Below are positions 60,471-64,000 of a stretch of 64,000 nucleotides of DNA, piece by piece (positions within the stretch are counted from its first letter, which is position 1; each line of letters starts with the position of its first letter). This DNA comes from Candidatus Poribacteria bacterium (GTDB lineage: Bacteria; Poribacteria; WGA-4E; PCPOR2b). Location: assembly GCA_965116925.1 (NCBI GenBank), contig OZ220744.1:2336001-2400000 (forward strand). Direction: 5' to 3'. The notes under the pieces are model-generated. The model searched no databases, was not told the origin of the DNA, and was given only the letters and a program-made list of their open reading frames with translations. Position numbers and translations under genes: made by a program.

Positions 60471-61550
60471 ATGAGAGTGATTGTTATACTGTGGGTAATA
60501 TTATTTGCCATTACTGGCTGCGGTGATGAAAGTCCCAATGATAGCGACAATAGTCCACCTGTTGTTGATCATTTGATTGTTCCGGAGGAGGTTAACCCGG
60601 GCGACAGTGTCGAATTGCAAGTGGTTGCCCATGACGGGGACGGCGATGCGCTGACCTATGTCTGGAACGTAGAAAAAGGGGAATTGGATTCAGAAACGGG
60701 GCAGATTGTAAAGTGGACGGTCCCTTCAGATCTGAAAGCGGCGACTGTGACTGTTTCCGTGAATGATGGTGTAAACGAATCGGTTACCGAGATAAAAAGG
60801 GTTCCGATTAATCTCCAAAATGCTGCGCCTGTTATTCAGAAGATTGTTGTTACAGAGCGGGTTCATGCAGTCAGCCGTGTGGAACTTCAAGCGATAGTTG
60901 AGGATGCGGACGGTGATACCTTGACTTATAGCTGGGACGTGCAGAAGGGACTGCTCGATTCAGAGGCGATTTCCACACCGACATGGACTGCCCCCATTGC
61001 GATGGGTGTCGTGAATGTACGGTTGACAGTGGATGATGGGATAAACGAGCCGACTACCAAATCGGTATCTGTCCTTGTTATTCACGGGTTGGTTGCGCCG
61101 GGGGCAGAGGCGGCTGGCATCAAATTGGGGGACACATTTGATAGAGTGAAAGCGATCTACGGAAACCCGAGTAGACATCAGGGTGAAAGGTTTGAGTATT
61201 GGGACCCAGACTTCGGGTTATCTGGTATTCTTGATAGCATCAACCGCGTTGATGGCCTATTTTTAACTAGGCCCAATAAAGCCAAAACGACAGGCGGGGT
61301 TGGTATTGGAAGCACACTCAAGCATGTGGAGGGAGAATTGGGGGCGGCTGAGGAGATCGACCAAGTGGAAAGAGTATATTGGTATTGGAAAAAGGGCATT
61401 GCATATGGTTACGATGCTGATAACAAAGTCATAAGCCTTTTCGTGTTTAAGCCGATTGGTGCTGCCCCCGCAGGATTCGATGATGCGCTACCACATGAAC
61501 AGTTGCTAGAACATAGAGCTGCCTTAGACAGATCTTATTCGACGGAGTAG
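60471..61550 (+). CDS. Lipoprotein with two PKD/Ig-like repeats
   Basis: Lipobox ITGC; two N.PP...DGD.LTY.W....G.L...WT.P...V.DG repeats; AGGAG RBS. Confidence 0.75.
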   Translation: MRVIVILWVILFAITGCGDESPNDSDNSPPVVDHLIVPEEVNPGDSVELQVVAHDGDGDALTYVWNVEKGELDSETGQIVKWTVPSDLKAATVTVSVNDGVNESVTEIKRVPINLQNAAPVIQKIVVTERVHAVSRVELQAIVEDADGDTLTYSWDVQKGLLDSEAISTPTWTAPIAMGVVNVRLTVDDGINEPTTKSVSVLVIHGLVAPGAEAAGIKLGDTFDRVKAIYGNPSRHQGERFEYWDPDFGLSGILDSINRVDGLFLTRPNKAKTTGGVGIGSTLKHVEGELGAAEEIDQVERVYWYWKKGIAYGYDADNKVISLFVFKPIGAAPAGFDDALPHEQLLEHRAALDRSYSTE

Positions 61551-61791
61551 ATTTCAGAGATGATGAGAGGTTGTTATGTGTAGCCGGAAAGTTCTGTTGA
61601 CCGGCTGCCGCAACAGAAAATATCCGAAGGACAAGATCAGGAAACTGAGTGAGTTGGTGTCGCGCTCCATGCTCCTGTCTGGAACAACCAAAAGAGATTG
61701 GACAAATGGGAGCCGATTATGCTATTATTATGGGCAAATAGTAGATTGTTCCCACAAGATGGGATTCAATCAGGAATGGAGGTGATGTAAG

Positions 61792-62061
61792 TTGCCCACT
61801 AGAAGCTCTGGTATGAAGCATGTCCGCGCGGATCAGAAGAAACGAGATCGGAACCTGCGGCGCAAGTCTGCGTTAAAAACGATGCTTAAACAGACCGAAG
61901 CTGCGATTGCAGATGGAGAGATGGAACAAGCCCAGGAATTGTATCGTCAGGCGGCGAGCCAATTGGATAAAGCTGCGGGGAAAGGGATTATTAAGAAGGG
62001 CATGGCAAATCGGAAGAAATCCCGTCTAGCGCATGACATTAATAAAATAGCGACTGCGTGA
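61792..62061 (+). CDS. rpsT: 30S ribosomal protein S20
   Basis: RNLRRKSALKT, LDKAAGKGII, ANRKKSRL; GGAGG before TTG. Confidence 0.95.
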   Translation: MPTRSSGMKHVRADQKKRDRNLRRKSALKTMLKQTEAAIADGEMEQAQELYRQAASQLDKAAGKGIIKKGMANRKKSRLAHDINKIATA

Positions 62062-62213
62062 TATGGGAATGAGTTAATGTGTGAAGCGTAAAACGTAAAA
62101 AAATTGAGATTTTTTCCCTTACGTTTTACGCATTATGTTACTACTTTTTGCAGGGGATTTTCCCTTTTATTCTCCTGTTTCCGCCGCTAATGGTGCTAAT
62201 TTGAAAAAGAGTC

Positions 62214-63116
62214 ATGAAGTGGTCCCCCCGTGTAAAGCCTACCAAAATCCGCCGTCTCTACCGCGCCGCTCGGCTGGGTCTCTACGATGACGATCTGTTA
62301 CAGACTGTCGGTTGGGAGCTCTATGGTCGTTGTGCTGACATCGCAGCGGTCGCCGATGTTTACCGAGACGGACTGGTTCCCTGCCCCCAATGCAGCACAA
62401 AGATAAAGCGTCGAATTGATCCACTATTTCGCTCTAGCGACGGTGGTACGCACGAAAACTGGTTTCATTGCCCGCCCTGTACGCAACGACTGCTCTGGCG
62501 CGACTGTCGTGAATCCCTCCGTGAAAGTCCGCGCTGTTTCGATTGTTATGCCCTACTGGAGGGCGCAGAGGAGTTGCAGTGCCGTTGCGGTAGAGTGTGG
62601 GATCGAAAAGCCTACCATCGGTCGGTGAGAACCCGCGTCCGCCTGCCTTGCCCCCACTGCGGCCTGATGATACGCAAACCATCTTTTGAAGTGACCGAGC
62701 GAGTCGTCAGACACCGACGGTCTCGCCCTGAAATAGAATGCCCTAAATGCCAAGCAGTCGCGTTGCATGTGCGCGGCAATATCGAGTGTACCGCCTGCGG
62801 CTACAAACGGCGATGGCGGGATTACCGCAAAAGCCTGAAAAAGCGAGATGAAAGACTTGAGTGTGCAAGCTGTGGGCACAGCTTTAGATGGCAGGCATGG
62901 CGTAAAAGTGCCAGGTCCTTGAGAACCGGTAATCCGAGTCCGGCGCGTGAATTCGTTGAACGATGGCCCAAATGCCGCACCCCAAAAGCCCGCATGATCC
63001 AGATTGATCGCTTGCTGCAAGCACTGCACGGCCGGGGGGCGTTAGCACCCCTGTTCATTGTTGGCAATGCGCGCAATATCCGCCAAATGCTCGATGAGTT
63101 CGCCTCACAGGTTTGA
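62214..63116 (+). CDS. Cysteine/arginine-rich multi-zinc-ribbon protein
   Basis: CPQC, CPPC, CFDC, CRC, CPHC, CPKC, CTAC, CASC. Confidence 0.7.
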   Translation: MKWSPRVKPTKIRRLYRAARLGLYDDDLLQTVGWELYGRCADIAAVADVYRDGLVPCPQCSTKIKRRIDPLFRSSDGGTHENWFHCPPCTQRLLWRDCRESLRESPRCFDCYALLEGAEELQCRCGRVWDRKAYHRSVRTRVRLPCPHCGLMIRKPSFEVTERVVRHRRSRPEIECPKCQAVALHVRGNIECTACGYKRRWRDYRKSLKKRDERLECASCGHSFRWQAWRKSARSLRTGNPSPAREFVERWPKCRTPKARMIQIDRLLQALHGRGALAPLFIVGNARNIRQMLDEFASQV

Positions 63117-64000
63117 GTTGAGGGAAGTGATAGTTGGTTCCGCCCGGATAAACTCGCCTTCCAACGCCGTCAACTCCATTGGCAAAATCTGATTCACCGC
63201 CGAATCAGGCGCATCCATCAACACCCGCAGATAATTCTCCGTAAACCCCGCTAGATGCCCGTCCGCACCTTCGCGGCTCTCCTCAACCAATACGTTCATC
63301 GTCTTGCCTAACATGCGTTCCCGAAATTCAACACCGAGTCGCTTTCCCAACGCGATCATCGCTTTGCTGCGTTCGGCGGAGACGTGGGGTGGTACGTGAT
63401 CCGCGTAATCCGCTGCGGGGGTGCCACGTCGGGGGGAGTAGCGGAAAACGTGTAACTGACTGAAACCGATTTCTTCGACAAATTGTAGCGAGTCCTCAAA
63501 ATCGGAATCGGTTTCGCCCGGAAAGCCGACCATGATATCGGTAGTGATTCCAACATCCGTGAACGAGATGCGGAGTTTTTCGACAAGGCGCGAAAATTCT
63601 GTTCTTGTATAGCGACGGCGCATTTGACGCAAAGTCTTATCGCTGCCTGCCTGTAACGGTAGATGGAAGTGGGGCATACACTTGGGCAGTGCTGCCATCC
63701 GATCGACCAGATCGGGTGGAAAATTCATCGCCTCAATCGAACTGAAGCGGATGCGCTCCACTCCCTCAATGGGGTGAATGTGTTCTAGAATGTCTGCAAT
63801 AGTTATCTGACGACCGCTATCCAGTCCATAAGCCCCCAGATGGACGCCGGTGATAACGATTTCCTTGTATCCGTTTGCGACGATCTGTTCCGCTTCTTGC
63901 ACGATGTGGGGTAGAGGACGGCTCGTCATGCGTCCACGGACGTAGGGGATAATGCAGTAGGTACAGAAGGCACTGCATCCGTCCTGCACCTTAATGAGCG
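63105..64000 (-). CDS. mtaB: tRNA methylthiotransferase (MtaB-like radical SAM), 5' end outside window
   Basis: QDGCSAFCTYCIIP (CX3CX2C), HFHLPLQAG, TDIMVGFPGET, HVFRYSPR.GT, C-terminal G.TENY. Confidence 0.88.
   Translation of the reverse strand, partial: LIKVQDGCSAFCTYCIIPYVRGRMTSRPLPHIVQEAEQIVANGYKEIVITGVHLGAYGLDSGRQITIADILEHIHPIEGVERIRFSSIEAMNFPPDLVDRMAALPKCMPHFHLPLQAGSDKTLRQMRRRYTRTEFSRLVEKLRISFTDVGITTDIMVGFPGETDSDFEDSLQFVEEIGFSQLHVFRYSPRRGTPAADYADHVPPHVSAERSKAMIALGKRLGVEFRERMLGKTMNVLVEESREGADGHLAGFTENYLRVLMDAPDSAVNQILPMELTALEGEFIRAEPTITSLNSNL

Overview
A 64-kb bacterial chromosome segment of roughly 50% GC by eye. It comes from a Gram-negative organism, probably Candidatus Poribacteria or a similar sponge/marine lineage; this is inferred from the ECF-sigma/WD40 fusion, the many Gfo/Idh/MocA and phytanoyl-CoA-dioxygenase-family genes and the urease. 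Housekeeping blocks: lnt-prfB(+1 frameshift)-lysS-lolC/E-lolD-ilvE-bamA-skp-lpxD; mutL; selA-selB-tRNA-Sec; a sigma54-type porin-urtABCDE-ureDABC urea locus; rpsT; mtaB. The main accessory feature is an ~11.4-kb defence island (about 21.4-32.8 kb, minus strand) with three parts. (1) A Type III R-M system with a HicAB module between res and mod, where HicB is fused in frame to the methyltransferase. (2) A catalytically dead long-B (RsAgo-like) prokaryotic Argonaute translationally coupled to an unrecognised two-TM membrane protein. (3) An XRE-HTH/ImmA-IrrE metallopeptidase fusion with an antitoxin-like tail, overlapping a MazF/PemK toxin. The Argonaute operon and the XRE-peptidase/MazF operon carry homologous copies of one sigma70 promoter region, which suggests a co-regulated, protease-switched Argonaute defence module. 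Intergenic DNA is rich in GTAG-type REP palindromes and at least two MITE families, one with TA and one with 8-bp target-site duplications; some are nested and one clearly interrupts a pseudogene.
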